A stretch of 64,000 nt of DNA from an uncultured bacterium (GTDB taxonomy: Bacteria > Desulfobacterota > Deferrimicrobia > J040). This document shows positions 9,851 through 19,444 of this stretch, in pieces. The position numbers and the translations under genes are program-made. The DNA is taken from assembly GCA_964429585.1 (NCBI GenBank), contig CAYSCN010000008.1, positions 7,530 through 71,529 on the forward strand. The letters run 5' to 3'. Position 1 is the stretch's first letter; every line of letters starts with the position of its first letter. The notes below the pieces were generated by a model. It made no database searches and was not told the origin of the DNA. It was given only the letters and a program-made list of their open reading frames with translations.

Positions 9851-10847
9851 ACAGACGGATTTTCCTCATCCTCTCGTATTCGGACACAACCTTCTGCCCC
9901 ACATCCCGCAGGGAAAGTCCAGCCTCCATTATTCGGCTTCTACCCGCCGATTTTCCGTTCATATCCAGTGCCAATTTGAGATTTCTCGCAACATCGGCAA
10001 CTACTCTTTCCGTTATGAAACAACCTTCCGTGTCTCCGACAACAAACCTTGCATCCCCCACATCCGTGAAGACAACCGGAACGTTGACAGCCATCGCTTC
10101 CTTGAGCACCATTGGAGAAGCTTCATACTCCGACAGTTGAACCACCACATCTGCTGCAGCCATGTAAATAGGGATTTCTTCATGGAGGATGTTTCCGGCC
10201 GTAACGAGGAGAATCTCTTCCTGTATCAGATCTATCGCCTTTTCCAGAATTTCATATCCCTTGTTTCTGTTTCTCGGAGAAGCGGGAAAGAACACAATTT
10301 TCTTTCGACCCGGCAAGCCCAGAAGCTTCCTCGCTATCTTTCTCTCGATGGGCCTGAACAGATCGAGGTCAACCCCACACGGGATCGTGACAAATCTACC
10401 TCTGAAATCGAGAACCCTGACCAGGTCTTCATGAACGGTGATTACGTGGTCCACCATTTCCAGCGCAGTCCTTTTGAGCCTTCTGGAATACACAAACCTT
10501 TTCAGCACATCACCTTTCCTCCTGTAAACATTCCTGGAATAAGCCTCTCCTTCATGCAACGTGAGAACCACGGGGGCATCGTCCCCTGTCAATTTCTTTG
10601 CCAAATAGGTAACAAAAACACAGTAAGTATGGTGGAGATGAATCACATCGAATCGGTTTTCTCTCAAAACCCCGCACAATCTCGGGACTTCCTTAATGTA
10701 GTTGAACCTGTTCGCCTTTCCATTTATGAAAAAAACATCAACGTTCACACCCAGTTCCCTGAGAGATTCAACCTGTTCCTTTATGAAAATCCCGTAAAAA
10801 GGCATTTTTTCACTGGGATACATGTTGGTTACAACGAGGACCCTCAT
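9840..10847 (-). CDS. Glycosyltransferase family 4
   Basis: MRVLVVTNMYP...; C-terminal EASPMVLKEAMAVNVPVVFTDVGD GT4 motif. Overlaps the flippase gene start (coupled). Confidence 0.8.
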   Translation of the reverse strand: MRVLVVTNMYPSEKMPFYGIFIKEQVESLRELGVNVDVFFINGKANRFNYIKEVPRLCGVLRENRFDVIHLHHTYCVFVTYLAKKLTGDDAPVVLTLHEGEAYSRNVYRRKGDVLKRFVYSRRLKRTALEMVDHVITVHEDLVRVLDFRGRFVTIPCGVDLDLFRPIERKIARKLLGLPGRKKIVFFPASPRNRNKGYEILEKAIDLIQEEILLVTAGNILHEEIPIYMAAADVVVQLSEYEASPMVLKEAMAVNVPVVFTDVGDARFVVGDTEGCFITERVVADVARNLKLALDMNGKSAGRSRIMEAGLSLRDVGQKVVSEYERMRKIRLCAS

Positions 10848-10891
10848 CGCTTTTTCTCAATTCCTTTCTTTCTTTACATTACATCTTAAAA

Positions 10892-12376
10892 TCACGTCGA
10901 AACCCCTCTGAGGGAAGACGATTCACATGAGTGGAAATAGCGTATCGACGAGATCAAGCCCAGGTAAAACCACACGAACAGGAAAAGCTTGTTACCGAGG
11001 GAGGCCGTATCCACCACACCGTGTAGAAGAAAAGCCACTACTCCTCCAAGCATTCCGACCACAAGGTATGACGAATACGAATCTCCTACAATAGCCTGCC
11101 TGAAACCTTCCAGAAAAATCACCATAAGAAACGTCACAAATGCCAAAAGACCGACTACACCCAATTCTGCGCCCACGTGAAGATATATGTTATGAACCGG
11201 AAATCGAGTTATGGTCTCTATTCCCTCCTCTGTGATGTCGTAATCTTTCATTACCTCTGTATAGTTGTTCAACCCAACCCCCGTAACAGGATTATCAAGC
11301 ATCATGTCAATAGCCATCTTGAATTGTGGGAGCCTCGATTCAGCCGATCCCCGGTCGTTCCCAAATACCCTGCTGTACACTTTCGTGTATAGCTTCGGAT
11401 ACAACGGAGAAACGAGCAAAAATGTAACGAAAAACGCTAAAAATACTCTCATAATCTTTTGTTTTCCCTTCATTTTCATGAGCATCATGAACATAACGAA
11501 TACGAGCGAAAAGGCAAAACTCAACCAGCCTCCTCTAGAACGGGTCCATATTAGAGCCCCACCGCCCAAAACAAAAGCGACAATGCAGAGCAACTTGTAA
11601 CGACCCTTTATGCTGGAAAACAAAAGACCGAAGGATACCGGCATCACGAATGTGAGATACCACGAGAAATCGTTCGACGACATCCAGGTTCCCTTGACTC
11701 TTGACCCGATCCAGCCTGCCCCTCCCATAAATGTTGGCCAGAAGGGTTCGCTGAACCTGTGCTGAAGAAACCCGAGAAAACCCTCGAAGGCCAAACCTAC
11801 TATCAGAACTGTAACGACAAGATCCAGCTCCTTTCGACTTCTTACGTTGTTGGATATGTAGAGAAAAGCCAGATACATTTTAAAAATCTCTATAAGTTCG
11901 TAAAGACTCAGTGAAGGCATTCGCGCGAATATCATGGAAACGAGCCCGCTTGTTATGAGAAAAACAAATGAGGCAGTGACAAGGGGATTGAACCTTATTT
12001 TGAACTTTCTCTCTCTGACCATCTCTAGTATCCACATGAAATAAAGAGTCACCAGAACGATATCGAACGCTGAAACAATGTACCCTGGCGCTCCTCCGAG
12101 GTGTCCAGTGTCTCCAATGGTTTTGTCGAGAGTTATGGGAAGGAAAGTGGTGAGTACGATTAGCAATGCAGATTTTCCGTTGCCCCACATGAACATGGCA
12201 AAGGGAACCATAAGAAGTCCAGCAAAAAGCGTGGCATATATGTTTGATAACGTTCTAAATGCCATGAATAACATCAAACCGATCCCAATCCCTCCAGCCA
12301 CGGAGAGAACGACCCACACCATCTTGTTTCTCGAGTTGATGATTCTATTCATCAGAGCCAAATATCCCTCAAACAA
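10892..12376 (-). CDS. O-antigen ligase/Wzy-like polymerase (Wzy_C domain membrane protein)
   Basis: Multi-TM protein. Conserved WTRSRGGWLSFAFSLVFVMF segment characteristic of O-antigen ligase/polymerase family. Confidence 0.65.
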   Translation of the reverse strand: MFEGYLALMNRIINSRNKMVWVVLSVAGGIGIGLMLFMAFRTLSNIYATLFAGLLMVPFAMFMWGNGKSALLIVLTTFLPITLDKTIGDTGHLGGAPGYIVSAFDIVLVTLYFMWILEMVRERKFKIRFNPLVTASFVFLITSGLVSMIFARMPSLSLYELIEIFKMYLAFLYISNNVRSRKELDLVVTVLIVGLAFEGFLGFLQHRFSEPFWPTFMGGAGWIGSRVKGTWMSSNDFSWYLTFVMPVSFGLLFSSIKGRYKLLCIVAFVLGGGALIWTRSRGGWLSFAFSLVFVMFMMLMKMKGKQKIMRVFLAFFVTFLLVSPLYPKLYTKVYSRVFGNDRGSAESRLPQFKMAIDMMLDNPVTGVGLNNYTEVMKDYDITEEGIETITRFPVHNIYLHVGAELGVVGLLAFVTFLMVIFLEGFRQAIVGDSYSSYLVVGMLGGVVAFLLHGVVDTASLGNKLFLFVWFYLGLISSIRYFHSCESSSLRGVST

Positions 12377-13532
12377 AGAGACTGCAGTACTCCTCTTTCA
12401 TTATTTCCCACCGAACCTTCTCGAACTTTTCGTACGCGTTCCTGACCATGGTTTCCCTTTTCTTCGGGTCCAGATACAGCTCGTAAATGCAACGAGCCAG
12501 GTCTTCAACGTTCTCGGATTCGAAGTATTTCAAACAGGAATCATCGGAGCCGAAAAATTCCTCCACCGCCCTCGTCCGGGTAATCACCACCGGCTTCCTC
12601 ATTGAGATCAACTCAAACATCTTGTTGGTGTGGACAAGGTCCGAATACGCATTTCGGACTACCGGAACCACTCCCAAATCCGCCCGTGCCAGCATCGCGA
12701 TCATCTCTTCGTACGGTATCCATCCGTGGAAAAAAACGTATTTTTCGAGCTTCAACCTTTTTACGAGCTTCTTTAACTCCTCCTCGTATTCCCCCACGCC
12801 CAGTATATCCAGACGAATATTGGGGATTCTGTCTTTGAGAATTTCTACAGCCCTTATGGCGTATTCCTGTCCATATCTTTTGACGATTGTGCCGTGGCAT
12901 ATGAGAGCGAATTCGTTCCTCTCCTTCTTTTCGTAATATTCCCTGAATCTGTCAGGGTTGAATTCCAGGTTTGGAACGTTCAGTATCACGGAAATTTTCG
13001 ACGGAAGGGCCCCTCTCTCCACATATGTTCTCTTGAGCTCTTCTGTGACGGTGATTGCGTGATCCGCATACCTGATACTCGCCTGCTCGATGAATTTGAG
13101 AACCCTCTGGGCGAAACCATTTTCAATTCCGAACAGATATCCGAAGAGCTCGGGAGCAGGCTCGTGCAAATCCAGTACTACCCTGGCTCCCATCAGCTTG
13201 GGTATCAAAGTGACAAAGACGAGAAAATCCGGAAGGGTGTTCACCTGAATGTAATCGTATCTCTTCTTGAAGTGTAATCTGCACAGTTTGATCTTGACCA
13301 AGGTGAAAAACGTCAGATAATCAGCTAGATACCTGAGAACCCCCCCTCTTTTTCTCTTGAGGAGAAGGCGATAGATGTTGACCCCTTTATCGAACTCCAC
13401 CTTCTGGTCTCCAGGTCGACCGAGGCAAATAACATCGACTTCGTATCCCTTGGCTGCCAGGGCGAGTGCCTCTTTCCTAACGCGCACATCCGAGGGATAA
13501 CGTCTATGCCTGATAATGCAAACTTTCTTCAT
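12369..13532 (-). CDS. Glycosyltransferase family 4
   Basis: N-terminus MKKVCIIRHRRYPSDVRVRKEALALAAKGYEVDVICL. C-terminal GT-B nucleotide-binding region ...ADLGVVPVVRNAYSDLVHTNKMFELISMRKPVVITR. Confidence 0.75.
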   Translation of the reverse strand: MKKVCIIRHRRYPSDVRVRKEALALAAKGYEVDVICLGRPGDQKVEFDKGVNIYRLLLKRKRGGVLRYLADYLTFFTLVKIKLCRLHFKKRYDYIQVNTLPDFLVFVTLIPKLMGARVVLDLHEPAPELFGYLFGIENGFAQRVLKFIEQASIRYADHAITVTEELKRTYVERGALPSKISVILNVPNLEFNPDRFREYYEKKERNEFALICHGTIVKRYGQEYAIRAVEILKDRIPNIRLDILGVGEYEEELKKLVKRLKLEKYVFFHGWIPYEEMIAMLARADLGVVPVVRNAYSDLVHTNKMFELISMRKPVVITRTRAVEEFFGSDDSCLKYFESENVEDLARCIYELYLDPKKRETMVRNAYEKFEKVRWEIMKEEYCSLFV

Positions 13533-13627
13533 CTATACCACCCTTCCCTCAAAAATATTTATCGAATTTGTCCACCTGCATTTGCAAAATACCTGCAACA
13601 GAACACAAATTTGAAAAACTCATGGAT

Positions 13628-14935
13628 TCACCAGCATATGCCCTCGTATCCAGCGAGGGAGTTCACATCCTCTAGTTTCACGTTTATCAAATCTATCACC
13701 TGGAGGTCCCTTCCGTTGTGCTTGATGTATTCCACCACCTCGTCATTTCTCTTTCCTATCACGATAATATCAACGTTATCGAATGCTTCCGACACACTAT
13801 TTTTCAATAAACTTGAAATATGTGGTATGACTTCTACGATATACCGTCTATTTGCACCCCTTATTCTCGCGAGAGAAACTTCAGGATCGTAAATCTTGAC
13901 GTCGTAGCCTTTGCCAATGAGCCTCTCAGTGAGCTCGACGAGGGGGCTCTCTCTCAAATCATCCGTCCCAGACTTAAAACTCAAACCGCATATCCCAACC
14001 TTCTTCCCCCCATTTTTTCTGATCAGGTCAAAAGCCACGTCTATCTGTCTCCTGTTCGCCGGGAGAATCGATTGCAAAAGCGGAATCTCCAGGTCTATTT
14101 CCTTGGCCAGATAAAGGACCGCTCTCAGGTCCTTGGGCAGGCAGGATCCCCCAAAAGCAAATCCCGGCCTGAGATAATATCCCGATATATTCAACTTTCT
14201 GTCCTTGCAAAATATATCCATTACCTCATGGCTATTTATCCCGAGCTTCTTACAAATGTTTCCTATTTCATTCGCGAATGATATTTTCAAAGCGTGAAAG
14301 AGATTGCAGGCGTACTTGATTAGTTCCGCAACCTTTATCTCAGTTCTCACGAGCTCAGCCTTTATCTCGCCATAAAGCTTTTCCACCACGTCACCACTTT
14401 TCTCGTCCAGCTCCCCTATAACGGTGAACGGCGGATTGTAAAAATCGTGGATGGATGAACCCTCTCTCATAAATTCGGGATTCATGCAGACGCCGAAATC
14501 GACTCCAGCTTTCTTGCCCGAAGTTTTCTCCAGTATCGGCACTATTACGTTCTCTGTTGTTCCCGGCAAAACGGTACTCCTGACGATAACCACGTGATAT
14601 GACGAGTTCCGGGACAGGGCCTCACCGATATCACTCGCGACTTTTTGAATATGCCTGAGATCAAGACTTCCATTTTCCCTGCTGGGAGTTCCCACGCAGA
14701 CGAAGGACACGTCAGCGCCCGGGATTTCATCTGTAGTTGCTCTCAGATTTCCAGACGCCACCACATCACCTATCAGCTCCTCGAGACCCTCTTCCACGAT
14801 TGGACTTCTACCCGAATTTATTATCGAAACTTTCTCTTCATCTATGTCGATACCCGTCACATGGTGGCCTTTTTTGGCCAGGCACGCAGCGGACACACAT
14901 CCCACGTAGCCCATGCCGTAAACGTTTATTCTCAT
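13628..14935 (-). CDS. Nucleotide-sugar 6-dehydrogenase, GDP-mannose 6-dehydrogenase (AlgD)-like
   Basis: N-terminal Rossmann fold MRINVYGMGYVGCVSAACLAKKGH. Motifs GRSPIVEEGLEEL and catalytic LRPGFAFGGSCLPKDLRAV. Overall resemblance to AlgD rather than Ugd (PIYEPGL) type. Confidence 0.8.
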   Translation of the reverse strand: MRINVYGMGYVGCVSAACLAKKGHHVTGIDIDEEKVSIINSGRSPIVEEGLEELIGDVVASGNLRATTDEIPGADVSFVCVGTPSRENGSLDLRHIQKVASDIGEALSRNSSYHVVIVRSTVLPGTTENVIVPILEKTSGKKAGVDFGVCMNPEFMREGSSIHDFYNPPFTVIGELDEKSGDVVEKLYGEIKAELVRTEIKVAELIKYACNLFHALKISFANEIGNICKKLGINSHEVMDIFCKDRKLNISGYYLRPGFAFGGSCLPKDLRAVLYLAKEIDLEIPLLQSILPANRRQIDVAFDLIRKNGGKKVGICGLSFKSGTDDLRESPLVELTERLIGKGYDVKIYDPEVSLARIRGANRRYIVEVIPHISSLLKNSVSEAFDNVDIIVIGKRNDEVVEYIKHNGRDLQVIDLINVKLEDVNSLAGYEGICW

Positions 14936-15864
14936 TTAAAAACCTCCTTTTTTACGTGATCTTTCCAAAATCTGGCAACTTCCCTGGGAAGTGGATTCCA
15001 GAACATACCCCCGAACCTCTCACGGGCGTAAACCAAGAATTCCTCGTATATTTCGACCGGATATTCTTCTCTTCCCCGCTCACCATCGAAACTCATGTAA
15101 TCGGGGTGCGTGTTGAGCAGTGCCATCCCACCTTTGTCCGAAATCCATTCCAGCTTCCTCCTCCATATGCGGAAGTCTTTTTCCCCCATCAGGACAAACA
15201 GCGTAAAATCCTGTGGTAAAGTGTATGGCAATTCAACATATCCTTTACCCGGACGACTCCTCTCCACGTAGAAAGGAAATATGGTCGATACCCCATCTGG
15301 TTGCGGCTCGAAAGGGTCGGTGTCGAAAGTCGAAGAATCGTACTCTATACACAATTCGCCAATCCACTCGAGGTTGTGATGCATCGCCGGCGACCGAAAC
15401 CCCACAGCGCCCCAATCACTGATGTAACGATTGATTTTTCCGGCACGTTCCTGGAATATCTTCCATGAGCTGAAAAGCTTTCCATCGTGATTAAGCCCGT
15501 GCACACCTACCTCAAAACCCATCTCTTCCAAACGCTTTCTCAGTGATTCCGGCGTGTTATATTTTTCCGGAACAAAGTTGAACGAAGATTTGAACCCCAA
15601 TTTCTTCTCGAGCTCGGCTAGCCTCAATGTCCTTTCGAGGCCTCTACCAGTATCCACGTCGTGCGTCAACACCAATGCGAATTGCTTTCCATCAGGCCAG
15701 CCTCCCCACCCCTCAGGGGGATCACCCGCTCTCTCATCTATCGGCCATATCTCTTCGCACAGCTCCATCTTTCTCCTGACCAGCGATCTCCTCACGTAAA
15801 TCTGTATGAATCGGGGGATGATCGGCTTGAACCGGTAGTAAATGTATTTCTTTAATTTATTCAA
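14932..15864 (-). CDS. Polysaccharide deacetylase (CE4/NodB-homology)
   Basis: NodB motifs LTHDVD and HGLNHD. Start overlaps the dehydrogenase gene (ATGA coupling). Confidence 0.8.
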   Translation of the reverse strand: MNKLKKYIYYRFKPIIPRFIQIYVRRSLVRRKMELCEEIWPIDERAGDPPEGWGGWPDGKQFALVLTHDVDTGRGLERTLRLAELEKKLGFKSSFNFVPEKYNTPESLRKRLEEMGFEVGVHGLNHDGKLFSSWKIFQERAGKINRYISDWGAVGFRSPAMHHNLEWIGELCIEYDSSTFDTDPFEPQPDGVSTIFPFYVERSRPGKGYVELPYTLPQDFTLFVLMGEKDFRIWRRKLEWISDKGGMALLNTHPDYMSFDGERGREEYPVEIYEEFLVYARERFGGMFWNPLPREVARFWKDHVKKEVFK

Positions 15865-15924
15865 CTTAACACCTTGTTAGGTAAGGACAAATGGCATTAC
15901 CTAGAAATACCGGCGAGCCTTTTC

Positions 15925-16722
15925 TCAATACACAGCGATGACAGATTCTCCAGCTTTTACTTCGTCCCCGGGCCCCACAGTGGAAACCAGGCCAGGCCTA
16001 TGAGGAATCAAAACATCAACCTGAGAGCCGAAACGAATCATTCCAAGCTTCTGACCGGCAACGACTTCTTCTCCTTCCTCGACGTAGGAGCATATTCTCC
16101 TGACCAGCCTGGACGCTATCTGCACCACGCCAACCTCGAGGTCTCCATTCTGGATAATAGTCAGGACCCTCTCGTTTTCAAGGAGGGATTCCTTTTTCTT
16201 CAGGGAGAAGAATCCACCCTGAATCCTCTTCAGCATTCTCACTCTTCCTGGAATGGGAACTCTGTTTACGTGAACGTTCAACAGGTTCATACCTATCCCT
16301 ATGTGAATCCCCGAATCGGGAATAAGATTCTCGTGAATGAACTCAACAAGCGGTATCTTTTTCCCCTTCTTGACCGCAAATGGGAATTCTCCGCTTTTTA
16401 TCTCTTTTACATACAAAACCGTCCCATCGGCAGGAGAAATAATCTGTCCCTCCCCTTCAGGAGGAACCCGCTCTGGGTCCCGGAAAAAAAACAGAAGCGT
16501 AAAAGCGCCGGTTATCGCAACAGCCACGAAAACCCCTGCGGAGACCTGAAGTATCGGTTCTCCCACCGAGAGATATTTTCCAAGGGCAAATGAAAAATAC
16601 GCCGAAACAAGACCCATGACAATGGACCAGAGAACGACGATTTTCATCTTCAACTCCCACTTATTCCCCAGGGGTATGAAAATCAGAAGAGGCACCAAAA
16701 AAGCGAAGAAATAGACCATCAT
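15925..16722 (-). CDS. Phosphatidylserine decarboxylase-family (pyruvoyl-dependent) membrane protein
   Basis: N-terminal TMs. C-terminal region ...IRFGSQVDVLIPH resembles the PSD proenzyme cleavage/pyruvoyl-forming site (G-S). Size typical of short archaeal/bacterial PSD-related proteins. Confidence 0.55.
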   Translation of the reverse strand: MMVYFFAFLVPLLIFIPLGNKWELKMKIVVLWSIVMGLVSAYFSFALGKYLSVGEPILQVSAGVFVAVAITGAFTLLFFFRDPERVPPEGEGQIISPADGTVLYVKEIKSGEFPFAVKKGKKIPLVEFIHENLIPDSGIHIGIGMNLLNVHVNRVPIPGRVRMLKRIQGGFFSLKKKESLLENERVLTIIQNGDLEVGVVQIASRLVRRICSYVEEGEEVVAGQKLGMIRFGSQVDVLIPHRPGLVSTVGPGDEVKAGESVIAVY

Positions 16723-16765
16723 ATCCGTCTCCCGTTATTCAATAAATTACCAAGAAAAGCATTTT

Positions 16766-17944
16766 TCAAAATCCCCTCCTCCACCACAGATAAGGAATCA
16801 TCACGTATTCCATCAAAAAAGGAAGAGGATCTTTCATCGAAAACACCGCGTATTCCCTTTTACCTTTCAGGGATTCTATATATTCGGAAATACTCATCCT
16901 TCCAGATATTATCTCCTTCGCAACCGTAGGCACATCGGTTATCCACCTGACCCACTTCACCCCTATCTCGGGTCTCAGTCCATTTTGCACAGGTTCTCCT
17001 ACCATCAACCTGAAAAGAAGATACGGCAGATTCAACCCCGATGCCTTGGCAAGGGTGTGCCAACCCCAGGGCCGGCCGTTGATTTCGATGAATTTGAAAC
17101 ACCCGTCTTTTTCATCCCTCATGAACTCCACCTCGGCGAGCCCGAAATAACCTATTTCCTTCAAAAGGGCAGATGCCATTTCCCCAATTTCGGGGAGGTT
17201 GACCGACTCCGCAAATGTGGTGGCCTGCCCGAAATCCATAGGGTGCTGTCGACTTCTCCTCGCCGCCATTCCAGCCACTACCCTCTCACCATCAAACAAG
17301 ACAACGTATGAGTAAAGGTTCTTGGGGCCCCCCTCTATCATTTCCTGAACAACTATCAATTCCGGCTCAACAAATTCGGACATTTTCCTGAATTCCTCGA
17401 TCAACTCTTTCCTGGTATCTACTCTGACGGCCTTCTTCCTGGTCCTGGGGAAGTAATTCTCCTTGAAGCTAGGCTTCAAAACGAGAGGAAAGCGAGGCTC
17501 CTGAGACAGGATATCTTCTATACCTTTCCCCCTGTACATCCTCGGGATGGGTATTGACAGCTTTTCCGCGACCTCGTAGGCTTCTTTTTTCACGTAGAAT
17601 TTCCTTACCACATCCCAGGGCGGAACGGGTATCCGATAGTATTTCCCCAACTCTTCCCTGTTGACCGACAGCTCCTTTACAATCTCGTCGTTATTCGGGT
17701 AGACGACCCAGCCTTCGAGCTTTTCCTCCTTCGCCAGCTCTATCAGGTACTCCGCGAAGCGCCCCCCTGAAAGAAGGTCCCTTTTGAACGCTCTCCTTCT
17801 GACGTAGCGGGAATACCTCGAAATAGACCATTCATACTCTACCAGAAAAACCTGAACCCCTTGCTCCGAGAGGCTCCTTATCACGCCGAGCCCCTGAAAG
17901 TCTCCGCCCAGGATCAGGGCTCCCGGCTTTCCCGTATTCTTCAC
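16766..17944 (-). CDS. ATP-grasp family ligase (paralog 1 of 3)
   Basis: ATP-grasp core: FPLVLKPS...(K), IVVQEMIEGG, FGLAEVEFMRD..FKFIEINGRP. Paralogous to 18050-19294 and 20572-21825. Confidence 0.7.
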   Translation of the reverse strand: MKNTGKPGALILGGDFQGLGVIRSLSEQGVQVFLVEYEWSISRYSRYVRRRAFKRDLLSGGRFAEYLIELAKEEKLEGWVVYPNNDEIVKELSVNREELGKYYRIPVPPWDVVRKFYVKKEAYEVAEKLSIPIPRMYRGKGIEDILSQEPRFPLVLKPSFKENYFPRTRKKAVRVDTRKELIEEFRKMSEFVEPELIVVQEMIEGGPKNLYSYVVLFDGERVVAGMAARRSRQHPMDFGQATTFAESVNLPEIGEMASALLKEIGYFGLAEVEFMRDEKDGCFKFIEINGRPWGWHTLAKASGLNLPYLLFRLMVGEPVQNGLRPEIGVKWVRWITDVPTVAKEIISGRMSISEYIESLKGKREYAVFSMKDPLPFLMEYVMIPYLWWRRGF

Positions 17945-18049
17945 AATTTCCTCCTTCTATCCATGAACATAAATTTCATCATCTAGTAACACTCTGGAAT
18001 CGATATTAGTTCCACAGGAAACACCACAATAGAAACGTGTTTTCTCATT

Positions 18050-19294
18050 TCAGCCTTCATGGCGGGAATGATGAAGGCGAGATGCAAATTTTTTGATTCC
18101 AGATCTAATCAATTTAAAAACTCTCATTATGAATGGAACTATATCCCCGATGCTGAAAACGGAGAAAACCCTGCTTTGAAAGTATGGGGTCAAAAAACTC
18201 TTCGAAACAAAGCCGATTCCCTTGTATTTCAATATGTAATGCAAATCCTTGAACTCATCCACCCAGTATGTATCTCCCTTTATCTGCTTGCTCTCTCTCG
18301 CCATCGACACCATCTTCTTTCTGTTGAAGAATGAAAAGTAATATAACGCGGGAAAATTGATTCCACACCTGGTGGAAAGATATATCGACCGATTGAATCT
18401 GGGATTTATCTCCATAAGTTTATAAGTGCCGGTTCTCTTATCATTCTTGAACTCGGCGCAAACGTACCCCTCATAATTTACGTTTTTCAATAAAGAATCG
18501 ACCGAATCACGCACTTCGCTCACGTCTTTGCATTTTCTGACTACCGCCGGGACTCCAAATTCCCTGGGCATCATCCTCATTTTCCTGGAAGTCATGCATT
18601 TTAAGGGCGCCCCATCTATGAAAAGCACGTTGTAATTTATTCCCTCCGCATCATCTCCCGGAATGTACTCCTGCACCATCACCTCCAGTCCAAGCCTTTC
18701 AGCCCTATCTATCTCAGCCTTAAGCTCATCTGAGGTGAAAACCATCGTCAATTTCCTATCGAGTGCATCAACATACTTGTGACTGAATACCGGCTTGATT
18801 ATTAACGGAAATTTTAGTTCACGCACCTTTTCCACGTTCTCTATGGAATCCAGAGTTATCGTTCTCGGAATCGGTATTCCATTTGATTCTGCCAATTTAT
18901 ACATTTCTCTCTTGTTGAGTAATCTCTCCTTCACACTCCATTCACGAGAGTCAAGGATGAAGAAATCCGACAGTTCTTCCCTAAAATTGGAGACAGCCAG
19001 AACAGTCGCATCATCACATGGAAACAATATACCTTCCCCGTTTTCCCTGGCAATTGCCTTCAACCCGTTTATGAAATCGAGTTCTTCTGTTCTCGGGTCG
19101 CCTGTAAAATAGCTTTTCGTAACATACTTCGAGAAATGTCCCATATCCATTTCATCGTAACACACGGAAACTATTGGTATATCGTGCTCCCCCAGCGACC
19201 TTATGACACCAAGCCCCACTGTATGCGTCGACAACACGTATGCCGGAATTTTACCCGAAATTGAAGTCATCAAGCCAACCTGTCGCTTCCCCAC
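18050..19294 (-). CDS. ATP-grasp family ligase (paralog 2 of 3)
   Basis: FPLIIKPVFSHK, MVQEYIPGDD, YVCAEFKNDKRTGTYKLMEINPRF ATP-grasp motifs. Confidence 0.7.
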   Translation of the reverse strand: MGKRQVGLMTSISGKIPAYVLSTHTVGLGVIRSLGEHDIPIVSVCYDEMDMGHFSKYVTKSYFTGDPRTEELDFINGLKAIARENGEGILFPCDDATVLAVSNFREELSDFFILDSREWSVKERLLNKREMYKLAESNGIPIPRTITLDSIENVEKVRELKFPLIIKPVFSHKYVDALDRKLTMVFTSDELKAEIDRAERLGLEVMVQEYIPGDDAEGINYNVLFIDGAPLKCMTSRKMRMMPREFGVPAVVRKCKDVSEVRDSVDSLLKNVNYEGYVCAEFKNDKRTGTYKLMEINPRFNRSIYLSTRCGINFPALYYFSFFNRKKMVSMARESKQIKGDTYWVDEFKDLHYILKYKGIGFVSKSFLTPYFQSRVFSVFSIGDIVPFIMRVFKLIRSGIKKFASRLHHSRHEG

Positions 19295-19444
19295 GTTTAT
19301 TTGAAATACTCAAAATCCAAATCTATCCATTACCGAAATTCATTTCCAGATCCTCCTCCATACCAGAGCTTTCACTTGAAACAAATGATATGTTTTAATA
19401 TCCGGAGGTTAGTGACATTTCATTCAACCATTTCAGCACTATAA

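Noticed and set aside
10137-10889. 250-aa + strand ORF
   Set aside because: Antisense to a GT4 glycosyltransferase with canonical motifs. Rejected as shadow ORF. Same reasoning applies to the many 60-240-aa + strand ORFs between 306 and 31,994 (e.g. 376-654, 7360-8019, 15874-16593, 34123-34860, 45054-45776, 58475-59146 on the opposite strand of the HK).
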